A stretch of DNA of 64,000 bases. Origin: Thecamonas trahens ATCC 50062 (Eukaryota > Protista > Apusomonadida). The stretch spans positions 1 to 64,000 of the forward strand of contig NW_013657621.1 of the NCBI RefSeq assembly GCF_000142905.1, read 5' to 3'. The stretch's first letter is position 1. Each line of letters opens with the position of its first letter. A model generated the notes under the pieces. That model saw only the letters and a list, made by a program, of their open reading frames with translations, searched no databases and was not told the origin of the DNA. Of this stretch, positions 11,201-24,200 are shown in pieces. A program made the translations under genes and the position numbers.

Positions 11201-12766
11201 GAGCGCGCCCTCCAGCTCGTGGCGCAGCGCCAGCAGTGCCTGAATGTGCTGCGTGTCAAAATGGGCACGCTGCAGCTCGGCCGCTGCCGCCGCATACTCG
11301 ACGTTGAGCTCGGCCGCGGCCTGCGGCGTAAGTCTCATCGCCAGGCTCACCGCGGCCTCGTTGGCCGCCCGGCGCAGATCGACTGCCGTCTCAACCGCGG
11401 CGGCTGCCTTGTCAAAGGCTGCCACCGCCGCCGACAGCGCCGCCACCGCGTCGCTCGTCGCTGGAGCCAATACGCTCGTGACATGGTCGGCGTGCGCCTC
11501 CTCGGCCCGCAGCACCGCCACCCACTCGTCGCGCGACGGCAGCGAGGCCTCGCGCACCTGCTCGGAGTGATACTCCTCGGCGCCTTCAACAAGCGCGAGC
11601 GCAGCCCTGGCCGCACACGAGAGTGTGGCCGTCCGGTCTTCGGCAGCTTCCTCGGCGGCGGCGCTGGCCGCGGCAGCAGCCTCAAGCGCGTTGTCGCGCG
11701 CCGCGAGTGCATCAGCCTCCTCAAGCTCCTCGAGGGCGGTCTTGAGCGCATCCTGTCCGCCGTCACACACGCCCTCCATCTTGGCGACCACAACCGACCG
11801 CGCATCAGTAAAGGCCCGGGCTGCCGCTGCCGCCTTCGCCGCCTCCGCCGCAGCACGTTCCGACGCCGCCGCCTTGGTCTCTGCAGCATCAAGGTAGGCG
11901 TCCATGGTGCCCGCAAGCGCCGTCGTCACCTGGATCGGCTCCGGCAGGACGGTGGACTCGGCCAGGTCAGCCCAGCGGGTGTGGAGCTCGTCCAGCGTCG
12001 ACCGCACACCCACAAGCTCGGCGATGGCCGACGAGCCGGCCGAGGCCGCCGCCGCTAGCTCGTCTGCAGCCGGGACAGGTGCGAAAGCGGGGCGCTCGGC
12101 GCCGTTCGCAGCCGCAGCCTCGACAGCAGCCACATGCTCCAGCACCGGCGGCGAGACCAGGATGCACGACGAGATATCAAGTGCAGCCAGGGCGCAGGCC
12201 GCGTCTGGGGTAGTCACACTCAACACGCCCTCGTCGCTGATGTTGGAGCAGTGCGGGACAGCGATGGCTGTCAGCGAGGCCGCCTCCTGGCCAAGGATCT
12301 TCAGAACTTCATCATCTGCCGACGAGAAGCCCATCTTCAGCTCGGCGAGCCCATCCACCGCCGCACACAACTCGCGGAGACCAGCAGGCGTGGGGATGGT
12401 CGTGTGCGAGAGGTCCAGCGAGGTGAGGGTGTTGGGCAGGCGCATGGCGATGATCGCAAGCGCTGAATCAGACAAGCCCGAGCAGCCGACCAGCGAGAGA
12501 GTGGTGAGGCTCGGCGTGGTCGCCAGCAGAGCATCAAAGTCGTCGTCGCTGCGTAGCGCAGTGTAGCCGTTGAGCGAGAGAGTCTTGAGCGCAGCAGCGT
12601 GTTCGGCATTTTCGCCGAAGACGAGTACGAGGTCTGAGGGAGGGACGAGCTGGAGCGAGAGCGAGGGAGGGGTGTGGTCGGGCGGGTGGAGGGCGAGGCC
12701 AGCGGGGGAGGTGGCCAGGGCGGAGGCGACTCCGGAGGGGCGGGTGGTGGTCTTCAGATGGTACAT
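8268..12766 (-). CDS. LRR + coiled coil + Ser/Thr kinase + HECT-like + RING1/RING2 (RBR-like) protein, ~1499 aa, one -1 frameshift at ~8555-8557
   Basis: Cys-type LRRs (LTTLSLVGCSGLSD, LTSLDLSHT, CSNISDEGV). Kinase motifs VVVK, HRDVKPDN, DFG, YYAPPE, DVYSLG. HECT-like ALGLLIGKCVVEGVHVPLEFAGVVY...GCERGLLTLP. RING CVVC..C..HFLCRKC..CPMAEC. Adding one T joins CPRCDAAF to CDYSGCAALGCHSCNAGFCALC in ORF 8268..8579. Confidence 0.88.
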
Positions 12767-12789
12767 GAGAGAAGTGGTTGGGTGGGGGT

Positions 12790-13310
12790 GGGGGGGGGGG
12801 GGGGGGGGGGGGGGGGGAGGAGGGTCGGCCGGCGACGGTCCGTTCCCGGGTCAGCTCAAAAGCGTGCGGCGGNNNNNNNNNNNNNNNNNNNNNNNNNNNN
12901 NNNNNNNNNNNNNNNNNNNNNNNNNNNNNNNNNNNNNNNNNNNNNNNNNNNNNNNNNNNNNNNNNNNNNNNNNNNNNNNNNNNNNNNNNNNNNNNNNNNN
13001 NNNNNNNNNNNNNNNNNNNNNNNNNNNNNNNNNNNNNNNNNNNNNNNNNNNNNNNNNNNNNNNNNNNNNNNNNNNNNNNNNNNNNNNNNNNNNNNNNNNN
13101 NNNNNNNNNGAGAGAGGGTGCCGGCAGGCTTCCCGGTGAAGAAGGAAAGCGGACGACGTCACAATGCCGGAAAGTGCGACCGGAGCCGTTTGGGGCGGGG
13201 CGGGGCGGGGAGGGGAGGGCGGGGAGGGGCAGGGAGGGAAGGGGGGCTGGTTTGGGGTAGTATTGGAAGGTGTTCAGTTTGTAGGCGGGCGGGTGGGTGG
13301 GTGGGTGGGT
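12790..13310 (+). repeat. Poly-G run and G-tract-rich (G-quadruplex-prone) region upstream of the kinase gene, interrupted by an assembly gap (12873-13109)
   Basis: G run of about 27 nt at ~12790-12817; GGGGCGGGGCGGGGCGGGGAGGGGAGGGCGGGG near 13190-13250; (GGGT)n near 13290. Confidence 0.85.
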
Positions 13311-13759
13311 AATGAGTATGGTAGGGCTGTTGGGGTGGTGGAGGGGGAGGCGAAAATTCTGGCCGACACTTTCGGCAACAATTGCCGCCACTGCTACGAG
13401 TCGCTAACACTCGCGGCTGGCTGAGCGAAGCGAAGCGGCTGACACCTTACATAGCTAAGAGCTACGATGGCGTCGACAGAGTCGGCTCCGATGGAGTGGG
13501 AACACACCCGCCCACCCTTTTGATGCCGATGCGCTACGACGACGACGGGCGCCATCTGGGCGCCCGATTCTTACCTTGATATCGTGTGTACGCGAGCCAT
13601 CGAACGGCGCTCACGTACACGCGGTTGACCGTGCCAATCGGCACGATGTGCTGGCAAAGATGGCCAGCACAGTAAATGCGAGGAAATCCCAAGCCGTCGA
13701 GCCAGCGGAGCGACCGCTCGGCCGACAACCGAGAGTATGTATCGTTCATTCAAACATGG

Positions 13760-14290
13760 TTACTCGTAGTTGCGGACGAGGAACTCGTCGCACATGGTTG
13801 TCGCGTGGACGCGGGTGAGCCAGTCGTACATCGCCAGCTCGTCCATGATGCTGCGGGCGGCGCTTTGCTTGGCCTGGTTCTTGGACGGCTTCATCGCCGA
13901 GTACTGCATCATTGGCTCGGCGCCATGGCCCATGACCACAGCCAGCGCACACTGATACATGCCGTCGTCGTCGCGCATCCACGCCGTAACGGCAACATCC
14001 GGGAGCCGAGCGGCAAGGCCCTGCAGGAGCGAGAACGGCTTCTTCCGCCACATGCCCATGGTAGCCCACTCCAGAATGCTCAACTCGGGCGAAGGACGGA
14101 GTCCGATCGGCTCCGCCATATACAGCTCCCAGTCATCGCCCTCGGGTTCGGTCGCCGTCTGTTCCGACCGAACCACCATCTTCTCCACGCCGCTAGTGTT
14201 GCCGCCTGTGTACACCTTGCGCTCGTTTGGACCTCTGAACGGCCAAGGCTTGCCTATCGTTCCCGACGTGCTTCCAGTCTCTGCAGCCAT
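13760..14290 (-). CDS. Double-stranded RNA-binding domain (dsRBD) protein, ~176 aa
   Basis: The C-terminal KKPFSLLQGLAARL...YQCALAV...SKNQAKQSAARSIMDEL fits the dsRBD helix 1, strands and KKxAxxxAA helix 2. The ATG at 14290 is assumed; an upstream exon is possible. Confidence 0.65.
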   Translation of the reverse strand: MAAETGSTSGTIGKPWPFRGPNERKVYTGGNTSGVEKMVVRSEQTATEPEGDDWELYMAEPIGLRPSPELSILEWATMGMWRKKPFSLLQGLAARLPDVAVTAWMRDDDGMYQCALAVVMGHGAEPMMQYSAMKPSKNQAKQSAARSIMDELAMYDWLTRVHATTMCDEFLVRNYE

Positions 14291-14921
14291 GATGTGCTCG
14301 TGGGAAACGTGTGTGGTATGGTGGAGATGCGGCCGTTGCAAGAAAGCGAAAGAAGGCCGTGATTTTGACGAGGAAATCGATGGCCACTCGATTCTCGCCA
14401 CTCGGCTTCTGCCCTCACTTGAGCACTTGAATCTGCCCTCATCTGTCCATCTGCCTCTGGTGAGTGATACACCCTATCTCGCTGATGCTAAGAGTATGTA
14501 CCCTCAACCGAGAGTAATCATCCTGGTCATGGTCTGTAGCTTGGTGTTTACCATCCGCGTCGCTGGTGGTTGTGGTGGCGCACGAGTCATGGAGATCCTG
14601 ACGTAGAGGCCAAAGTGGTGGGATGGGGCCATGGTTGATCCATCGGGTCCGACAAAGGGTGTACATTCGACGAGTTTGGTACGACGGGGTCTGGTCATCT
14701 GCCAATTCCCACCGCGCGTGTTCGTCGAGTACAGAATGCGATCAAAGCGTTGTCGTCCTGCAATCACGGGCAACGTGGCGTTCCGGCAAATATCATTGCA
14801 GGGAAAAGGCGAGGGCAGTTTGCCCCAGGCGATGGATGGCTTCGCCGGCAATGTGATCAAACCCACGGGAGCTCGCTTACCGACCACGCGGTCTAACCGT
14901 CTACCAGGCAATGGCTGCAGC

Positions 14922-17900
14922 CTACATGCGCTCCGCTCCACATCCATCACCCGCAGGATCATGCGCTCGAAGCGCTTGCGCCAGCCGCTGATCCTCAAAG
15001 TCGCCCAACTCACGGTGCACCCGCTCCCAGAACTCCCGCTCACGGATCGAGCGTAGCTGTACGGCGCTCTCGCCGTCCTTCTCCTCCTTGCGGAGTGCTG
15101 CCAGCAACCGCAGCTCCTGCACAAACGCAGCTCCGAGCAGCGCAATCGCTGCGACGATCAAGAGGATGACGACAACCGTGAAGAAGACCTGCTGCGGCGC
15201 AGAAAACATCTCGCCGTGGAACATGATGCCCAGCACGAGAATGCCCACAAGGATCGCGTTCAGCCGCGCCTCGAGCGTGTTGTACATCGGGAGAAAGTAC
15301 GGTTCCAGCCGGAGAAAGGCGAGCGTCGAGGCAAAGAAGACACCGCCGAGCAGCAGGAACTGGAACGAGTACAGCGTCGAGAAGAAGAGCGAGGCGCATG
15401 CGATCCACAGTCGCCGCCCGAGCTGCACCAGCTCAAACCAGAAGTAGTGCCGCCGATACGATCGGTACAGGCCGCCGATCTCGTTCAGCACCCTCGCATC
15501 AAACAGCGCGTCTGCGGTCTTGGCCTTCCATAGCATCCACCCGCACACTGCCGGAATGCCGACCACATACACCATCGTGCACACTCCGCCAAAGCTAGCC
15601 ACCGCCCACCACGTCCCATTGTAGCACACGAGGCTCATGTCTGCATCAAGCAGCCACCTTCCGTCGTACAGCCGTGTGCAGTCAAAGATCGAGAGCGTCG
15701 CCCGCGAGAGCGGCAGGTACATCAGCGGCGAGACCAGCGCCGCCAGACTCTGTGCCGCCTCCTGCATCTCAAACGATGCGTGCGCGCTCCAGAGCATACC
15801 CCAACAGACAAGCCCAAAGAGTGCCACAAACACCATCGGAAGTATCATCACCACCGCGTACTTGGCGTAGAACGAGGTGAGCGTGCACTTGTTGACCAAA
15901 ACGCCGCGTCGAGGTTGAAAACGTCAAACACGCCCAGCGTCGACTGCGCCGCTTCCGGCCAGCTCATCGCCGCGCTTCCAAGTACGCCCAGGACTTGGAA
16001 GAAGAGGAATGCCATCGTCACCGCCCGGGGAATCGAGGTCATCCGTTGAGCGAGCCTGGACCTGCCCTCGTAGTCGTCATCGCGGACAGCCTGGATGCGG
16101 GTGACAATGAACACGCCCGCCGCCGCTGCCGCAATGCCCACAACCACAATCACCGCAGACAAGACGACTGGTGCACCGCTCGGGCACTTGGCACACACTC
16201 CGCGCTTGTCTGTGTGATATCCGCGTGCGCACACGCCGCAGAGCGCTCCCTCGTGGCCGGCCGCGCACTGCGGCGGATCACCGCCGCGGCAAACGTCGCG
16301 CAGTCGACACTCCTCAAACTGGCCGTCGCCCACCGGGTAGAAGCCTGGCATCGCCACAGGTCCATTGGTCCCGCCCGCGCACACGCCGCCCACGGGACAT
16401 GCCTGACATGCCACGTTTGTCGCTCCGTTGAGCGCGTAGTACCCGATTTTGCACACGCACGGCACGCTGCGCCCGGCTGCCGTTACGTTCTTGCTCTCTG
16501 CGCGCCGGAATGCGTTGTCCGGGCACGACTCGCACGATGTTGCCCCCTTGTTGAGATTGAACGCGCCTATTGGGCACGCCATGCAGCCTTTGAGCGAGAT
16601 CTCGTCCGAGAACGTGCCCTCGGAGCACTCGCTGCACTCGAGCGGAAGCCCACTGAGCGAGATAAGGCCCATGCCCAGGCCGCACGGCCGGATCTGCAGC
16701 GACAGCGCTACCTTGGCCACCTCGGGTACACCAACTACACTCACCTCAAGCGAGTACTGCGTCTCGCTGAGCGAATCGAGGGCGTTGCTGTCGGCTGCAA
16801 GTGCTTTGACCGTCGCAAACGAGACTTCCGCGGCGTCCATCAGCCGCGACCGATCGCCACCGGCAAGCACCACCCCGCCCGGCGTATTCGGCTGCGAGTG
16901 CATCGAGATCCGGACGCTAGCATCCACCACAGCCTGTCCAAACACATCGCCGAGGCTTACTGTGGCATCATCTCCGAGTGACGCTCCAGTTGCCCGATCA
17001 AGCGGGCCGACGCTCCGCGCCCTCCTCCTGCTCCAAACCATCGTCACCGGCGGCGATGCTGCCACCGCACCATATCCGCTCGCCGACGACCCGCTCAACA
17101 GCGTTGACGCCGCCATCCCGCCGCCGAGCGAGAGCCACGGCACATCGTCAACAGATCGTGCCTCCGGTGTGTTGTCGGCATCTACAAGCGGCAGCGTTCC
17201 CGCCGGTAGGCAAACAAACACGCCGCCGCCGCCGCGGCTAGCGCTGCTTCCAGCCACGCTCGAGCTCCCTGCGCTGTCAAACCTCACACGCACTCCGCAG
17301 AGCCCCATCGCTCCGCCGTAGCTTGCGCGATTGTCGCTCATTGTCACCACTCCATTGAGCGCCACGGATCCGGCCGTGTCGCTGGCTGGTGGCGCCGGTG
17401 CCAGGCCCGTCGACGACATCGGGCTCGACAGCGCCTCCACAGAGACAACCGCCCCAATCGCTCCGCCCCATCCACCGATGTTGCCGCTTAGCACAAGCGG
17501 TGCGTCGATGGTGGCATCCACCGCTAGCCCCACCACCGCCAGCCCGCCGCCAACTCCGCTCGCCGAGTTGCCCGAGATCGTACTCGATACGCCGCTCCAG
17601 TCGACATCGAGCACAACCGTGGCCGACTCGGAGAGCAGCAGCGCCCCGCCGCCCGAGCCCGAGCCGTAGCTCTCGGACCACCCGCTTGCCACGTTGTTGG
17701 TCAGCGTCACACCCGACAACGACACCGCAACGCTTCCTGATCCCGATCCGAGCACCAGCAAGCCGCCGCCCGAGCCCGTCGCCGTGTTTCCATCAAAGAT
17801 GACGTCGGTCAGGTTCACGCTGCTCGTCGAGCCAATGACCGCCAGCCCGCCACCAGAGTCGCCAGCCACGTTCAACTCAAACGCCGTCCGGAGAGCAGTA

Positions 17901-20770
17901 ATCGACGCGCCAAGCTCAACAAGCACCGCCCCGCCCATCCCGGCATTGATCTGGAACACTGTCCGGTCGGAGGCCAGCTTGTTCGAGCATCCGCGCAGCG
18001 TCACGTCGGTCAGCGTGAGCGACGAGCCGGAGCCGGTCACCCGGAGAGCCGCCACAGCCTCGGCGTCCGACGGGATTGACGTTGCTCCGATGATCGTCAT
18101 GTCTTGCAGCGAGACTTCTGCGCCGTCGCGGATGTCAAACAGGCCGCCGCCGCCATTGGCCCCGCAGTCGATCGTCGAGCCCATGCCGCGGATGGTCACA
18201 GACTTGAAGAGTGGCAGGAGCCGCGTCGAGAAGCACCCGCGATACACGCCGGTCGGCATAACCACGGTCGTCGTTGCGCATCCCGACGCCTCAAGCAGCG
18301 TCTCAGCTACGCACGAGAGAGTAAAGCCGCATCGCGCAACCGCCACCGTCCGCGTCACCCCGGGCAACGGGATCGCCGGCGAGAAGATCGACATCCCAGG
18401 GATCCAGCCGATCTGCGACTCGAGGCCGATGAGAAAGTCGGGTGCGCCGTCGAGGTTAAAGTCGCGAAGGACAAACCGCAGATCGGTGTCTGCATTGGCC
18501 ACAGACATCGGGCGAGGGCTGTACGACGGGCCGGGAAAGTAGATGATGACCGACGCAAACGAGCCCTCCACCACAATGTCCAGTACGTTGTCGCCGTCAA
18601 TGTCCGCTATCTCGATGCCCACGTTGGTCTGATCCGTCGCCACAAAGGTCGAGACCTGTGGATCCACCGGCAGCGGCGTGAGAAAGAGCGGCGAGGTAGC
18701 GCTGCCAAAGTTGTTGCTCCGTGAGAGCGAGTACTTGCCGCCAAATGGGTTCGGCGGCCCGCGGGTGTGGAAGACGAGATCAAGCAAGCCATCACCGGTC
18801 AGATCGCCGAGCGCAAACTCGCCCACTTGCTGCGCCCCGGTCCGTAGCGAAAGCGCAGGCGCGCTGTATCCGTTCATGTTGTTGGCCAGCCACATGATCG
18901 AGCTTGTGCCCGTGTCCGAGAACACCACATCACCGTAGCCGTCGCCGTTGAGATCGCGGACCAAGAGGTATGCCAGACTGCTGCCGGTGTTGGCATAGAC
19001 AGTCGTGGCCGGCCCAAACCCGAGCGCCTCCGTCTCAAGCAACAGGTTCTTGACCAGAAACACCGCATTCGGCGCATCGATGCCCACAACATCCATGTCG
19101 CCGTCGTTTTCTACGTCCACCACCGCCATCGCCGTCGCCGCAGTCGACGTCGACAGCTGGCCGCTCCATTCCAAGGACGAGAAGCTCCCGCCATCGTTGA
19201 TGGCGTAGACGAGCATGCTGCCAGCCGCCGACGACGCAATCACATCGGTGTCGCCGTCCAAGTCAAGATCAACCGCAATCGCAGTCTCGGGTTCTGCCAG
19301 CTCTCCGCCCACCCGCGCCGGGCTGGCCCATGCCCCGCCGAGCCCGTCGCTGTTGCCAAAGACAAACACACCATTATTGGGCGAGCCGATGGCGCCGATG
19401 ATGTCGACATCACCATCACCATCCGCATCCAAAGGTCTCAACATGCGAGGCGAGCCGAGTCCGCCGGCCAGAAACGAGTACTGCAACACGTCCAGTGGAT
19501 CAACGAGGAAGCCAGAGACCGTGTCCGACAGCATCGCCGCCGCCACAATGTCGTCGTCGCCGTCGGCGTCGAGATCGCCCATCGCCACGCCGCTGCACGC
19601 GCTACATGGCGCAATGAGCCGCGACATGCCCCAGACCTCGTCCTTGCCCCGCCCTGCTCCCCCACCGTCGTACCGGTTTGCTACCCAGAACAAGTTGTTC
19701 ACGTTCTGCGACGCAAGCACCAGATCCAGATCGCCGTCTCCGTCCACGTCATGGGCATACACGCCCGAGACCGAGAGCTGGAACGGGAAGCTCCGAGTCG
19801 TCCATCCGCTCCCATCGCCAGCGTTGTTCTCAAACCATCGCAGTCTGCTCGCCGCGGTGCAATGGACTACATCGTTGTCGCCGTCGCCATCAAAGTCTCC
19901 CGTCGCCACCGCCAGCGATGCGCCGACGTCGGCCGAGAGAAGAGCCACCGGCGGCCCATACGTTGTTGCAGCCATCCACGGCAGGTACGCCACCGCATCG
20001 CCGCCGCCGTGCGTGGCAAACACAATGTCAGCCATGCCATCGCCAGTCACATCGCCCAGCGCAAACGTCGTGGCCCTGTCCAGCGCCGCCACTGTCACCG
20101 AGTCGGCGAGCTCGTGTTTGGTCGTGTTGTAGCTCCCGGCGCCGTCGTCGACAAAGGCAGCCAGCTGAAAAGTGATGCCCATCGGGTTGAACGACGGTCC
20201 CTCGAGCGTTACCACATCGTCCAATCCGTCGCCGCTCACATCTGCGTAGTCAACGTGGACCACTCGCCGCAAGTTGGTGGCAAAGATGGTCTCGACAAAG
20301 TTGCCGTTGTTGTCGCCGACGTAGTGGGCGCACCAGTGCGGAAAGTCGGCAGCGCTCGAGCCACGATACCCGTTGCACGCCACCACGCTCGGCACACCGC
20401 TCAAAGTAGACGTGGCCATGACGTGCACAAATCGTGCCCGATGCATGTCAGCCAACTTCGCCGAGGCAGTCTTGACCCACCCGATGCCCACACCGGTATT
20501 CCGCACCCACTCGATGGTGCCCGACTCGTAGCCGGCGACAACAACATCGTTAAAGTCGATCCCGGCGCTGAGGGGTCCTGGTGGCGGAGGCACATCCTTA
20601 TCGCAGTCAACAACGGCAACGCCGGCCGCTCCGTCGATCAAGCCCGAGATGACCTGTGCCGATGGCTGCAGTAGTTTGTCACACGGCACGTCGACGCCGA
20701 CCACTGCCTGCCAAGCCGCTACCAGCGCCACCAGTGCAAGCAGAATGCCCCTTCTGATATACTTTGCCAT
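14922..20770 (-). CDS. Surface protein: signal peptide + FG-GAP/VCBS-type repeats + Pmp-like beta-helix (GGA/FxxN) + Cys-rich repeats + multi-TM domain, ~1949 aa, one -1 frameshift at 15898-15901
   Basis: Signal peptide MAKYIRRGILLALVALVAAW; many DxDGDGDxDL repeats; GGAVLV, FELNVAGDSGGGL, GNTATGSGGGL; CPIGAF and CPVGGVC. Adding one T gives NLDAAFLVNKC, colinear with NFDSSAAFNEC in the paralogue, and joins ORF 14922..15899. Confidence 0.9.
15212..15441 (-). repeat. 230-bp inverted repeat, copy 1 (partner 26484-26713)
   Basis: The reverse complement matches 26484-26713 with 3 mismatches, all synonymous. Confidence 0.92.
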
Positions 20771-21222
20771 GCTTGCGCAAAGACTACGTTGCTTACAATA
20801 GCGATGAGTGTATCCATCATGCCGATGCCCACATTGACGCGCCCTGACCTGCTACAGCGACCAAGCGGGGGATGTGTCGAACGCGACAACGAAATTTCTA
20901 TTGCGACACGGCTCGACATTGACCACCTTCTAACGCTCCTCCTGCTCGACTTGACATCGCAACCGGAGTTTATTGCACACCACATTGTACTCTGGTAATA
21001 GTTGTTTCTGTTACGCTTTTTTGTTGTGCTATAGGTGCCTTGTACGCGGCTACAGGACGAAGGGGGGGTGCGTTGTACAAAGTCCCGCACTTGGCCTGTG
21101 CAGCAAAAAATTCATTTCGGTCACGTGGGTGCAGCCACCGCTCACACGTGCGACAGGGCGCCTCTATCCCGCACGCCTGCACAGCTGCAGACTCAACCAC
21201 ATATCATCTCATCTTTACCTGT
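20771..21222. promoter_or_regulatory. Putative bidirectional promoter region between divergent paralogues
   Basis: About 450-bp, more AT-rich spacer between head-to-head ATGs at 20770 (-) and 21223 (+). No specific motif identified. Confidence 0.45.
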
Positions 21223-24200
21223 ATGGCTTGCTGCCCACCGTACCGAGGCATACTCGCTGTCGAGCTGTTCATCGCCCTGCTTTTCGCCATGATCTCGCTG
21301 CAAGCAGTCACCGCTGTGCCCATCACCTGCAAGCCCGTGCCAGCGACCATGACACCAATCGGATTCGTCGACCAGGGCAACAGCCTTGTCACCGGTCACC
21401 TCGATGCAGATGTTTTTCCTGACGTGGCTGTTGTCTCGGGATTGACAGGCAATCTCGTCTGGTTTCGCAACACCCAGTCGTTTGGCTGGTCATCGGCCAA
21501 CACCATCTCCATCGGCCGGCTGGAGACGCCGAGCTATCTTGTCGGATACGACTCGGGCGGTGATGGCCTCCTGGATTTGGCATCTGCTTCCGATTCGAGT
21601 ACCGACACCACCCTTGACTTTTATCGCAACACCGGTGGCGCCTTTGTCCACGTCGAGGTCGTCCCGCCCGGCACCTCGCCCTACGCCCGATTCACCTATC
21701 TCGTCATGGCCGACTTTACCGGCAACACTCTCGCCGACATTGCCGTCGTCGATTCTGAAGCTGCCACTCCTACCATCGTCCACTTTGTGCAGACCGCGCT
21801 TGATACCTTTGCCGCTGGCGCCTCGATCATTCCCTCGGCCGCCCTGCTCGACAAGCCAGGCGCCATGGCCGTCGCGGACATCGACGGTGACGCAGACTTT
21901 GATCTGGTGGTGGCGAGCCATCACAGCGCGCCGGGCAGTGTGTACTGGCTGGAGAACGGCGGCGGTGGAAGCTTTGTCGACACGGTTCATCCTATTGCCT
22001 TCAATTATCCGCTTCTGGACGAGTCCAGGACGATTGGCGTCGCCGACTTTGACCGCGATGACTTGAAAGACGTCGTCTTAGCCTCGCGCAACAACATCAT
22101 GCTCTGGATCCGCGGCGCCAGCGCAAACGGGACAGCATGGGATCCCCCGCGGTTCATTACTGACGCCCATCTGGATGCACCATCGCAGATTGTCATCGGT
22201 GACATGGACGGTGACGGCGATCCCGACCTTGCCGTGGCAGCAAGGGGCAACAACGTCGCCACCTGGCTCGGCAACCGGTACGATGGCGGTGCCGGGGACA
22301 TTGAGAGCATGTGGGAGGAGCCGCGGACAATTTCAGAGTGCAACACGTGCCAGACCGTTGGCCTTATGGACTTCAACATCGACGGCAAGCTCGACGTGGT
22401 CGTCGCCGATCGCGCCAAGGACAAGCTCCTTCTCGCCCGCAACTCGCCGCTGGACGTCTTTGGCAACACCCTCATGGACCTCTCCACAGACTCGCCCGAG
22501 ACCATGGAGTCGCACGACTTTGACGGCGATGGTGATCAGGACTACCTCGTCTCCTCAGCCTCAACCAACACCGTTAAGTGGATCGAGAACACAGATGGGC
22601 TCGGCGGCACCTTTACCACCCGTGTCCTCGACACTACTCTAACAGGCGTGAGCCGGGCGGCGGCGGCCGATCTCGATCTCGATGGCGACATCGACATCCT
22701 CGCTGTCTCGCCCTCACTCTACAAAGTTGTCTATGGGCTTAACGCAGGCGTGAACTTGTTTGCCGATGTTGCTGCTGCCGGATGGACCGGGACGGCGTTG
22801 CATGTTCCGGGCCTGGCGGTCAGCCTCATTGTGCCAGTCGACATCGACGCCGACGGCGATGTCGATCTCGTCGGCTCCTCGCCCACAGAGCTCTTCTACC
22901 TCACCAATCAGCTCATCGAGTGGGGCAACAAGACCATCGGCTTCTTGCCGCGAAATGTCATCGACACATTCGTCCAGCTGGTCCAGTTCGAGGTAGCGCC
23001 GATGAACGTCGACGTATGGCCGGACATTGTTACGGCCGACAAGACCACCGGCGCCGTCCACATCTACCTCGGCTCGGCCTCGGGTAGCTTCACGGCAGGA
23101 CTCTCTGTAGCTGCGTCAACAGAAGCGGATCCTGTGTCGCTGATCTACGCCGTGGCGCTCATTGATGCTGACAGAGATGGCGATCTCGACATCGCCTGTG
23201 CAGCTGCAGCTGAAGGCTTTGTGCTCCTCATCAACAGCGGCGATGCCGTGTTTGACTCCTCTGTCGCCGGACGGACCAACTTCTCCACCGCTGTGGCCAA
23301 AGATGTCGACGTCGGCATGATGGTGGCCGACTATAATGGCGATAGCATCGACGATCTCATCTACCGCGGCAGGCTCGAGCCCGGCGTCCTCGGCTTCTTC
23401 GAGGGCGTCGGCGATGGCTCGTTCGTCACACAGCTTGTCGACGGCTCGTTCGAGATCTCGCTCTCTACCGGCGTCGACTTTAACCAAGACGGCGCCATCG
23501 ATGGCGTGGCCGAGTACCTCGGCACCATGGGCTGGTTCCGAGGCACAACACTCTTCCGCGTCCTCGATGCCGTCTCGCCGAAGAAGATGATCCTGTCTCT
23601 GGCCAAGCTCGGCTCCACCCTGGCCCGACTGTCCTACTACATCGGCCTCGCCTCGGGCTGTGCCACCGACACCATCGTGCTCCCGCCGCACGCTGCGTTG
23701 TATGGATGCTTTGACACCGGCCCGTATCCGCTGTACAAGTCGATGGTGATTGACGGTAACGGCGCGACCATCGACTGTCGCCTCGGCTCTGGCGGTGGCC
23801 TGTTTGACATCCGCGAGGGCGCGATCGTCACCCTCCGCAACATGACCATTATCGGTGCCCGCGCCACCAAGAGCTCGCCCAACGGGCCGGCCGGGCTACG
23901 GGTCACCGGCAGCGGCTCAATGCTAGTATTGGAGGACGTGGTCGTCAGCCATGGATCGGCTCTTCCCATCGCCGGCGCCGTGTTTCAACTCAATCGCGGC
24001 ATCGGCGGCGGCGTGCTTGTCGAGACTGGTGGGAGCCTGGTAGCGCGGCGATGCAAGTTTGAGAACAACGTAGCGAGCGCTGGAGGTGGCGGTGTGGCTG
24101 CTGTTGGCTCGGATGTGGCCATCGAGATGGAGGACGTAATTCTGACCGGCAACGCTGTGGCTAGTGGCTCTGGCGGTGGCATCCTGCTGCAGAGCAACGC

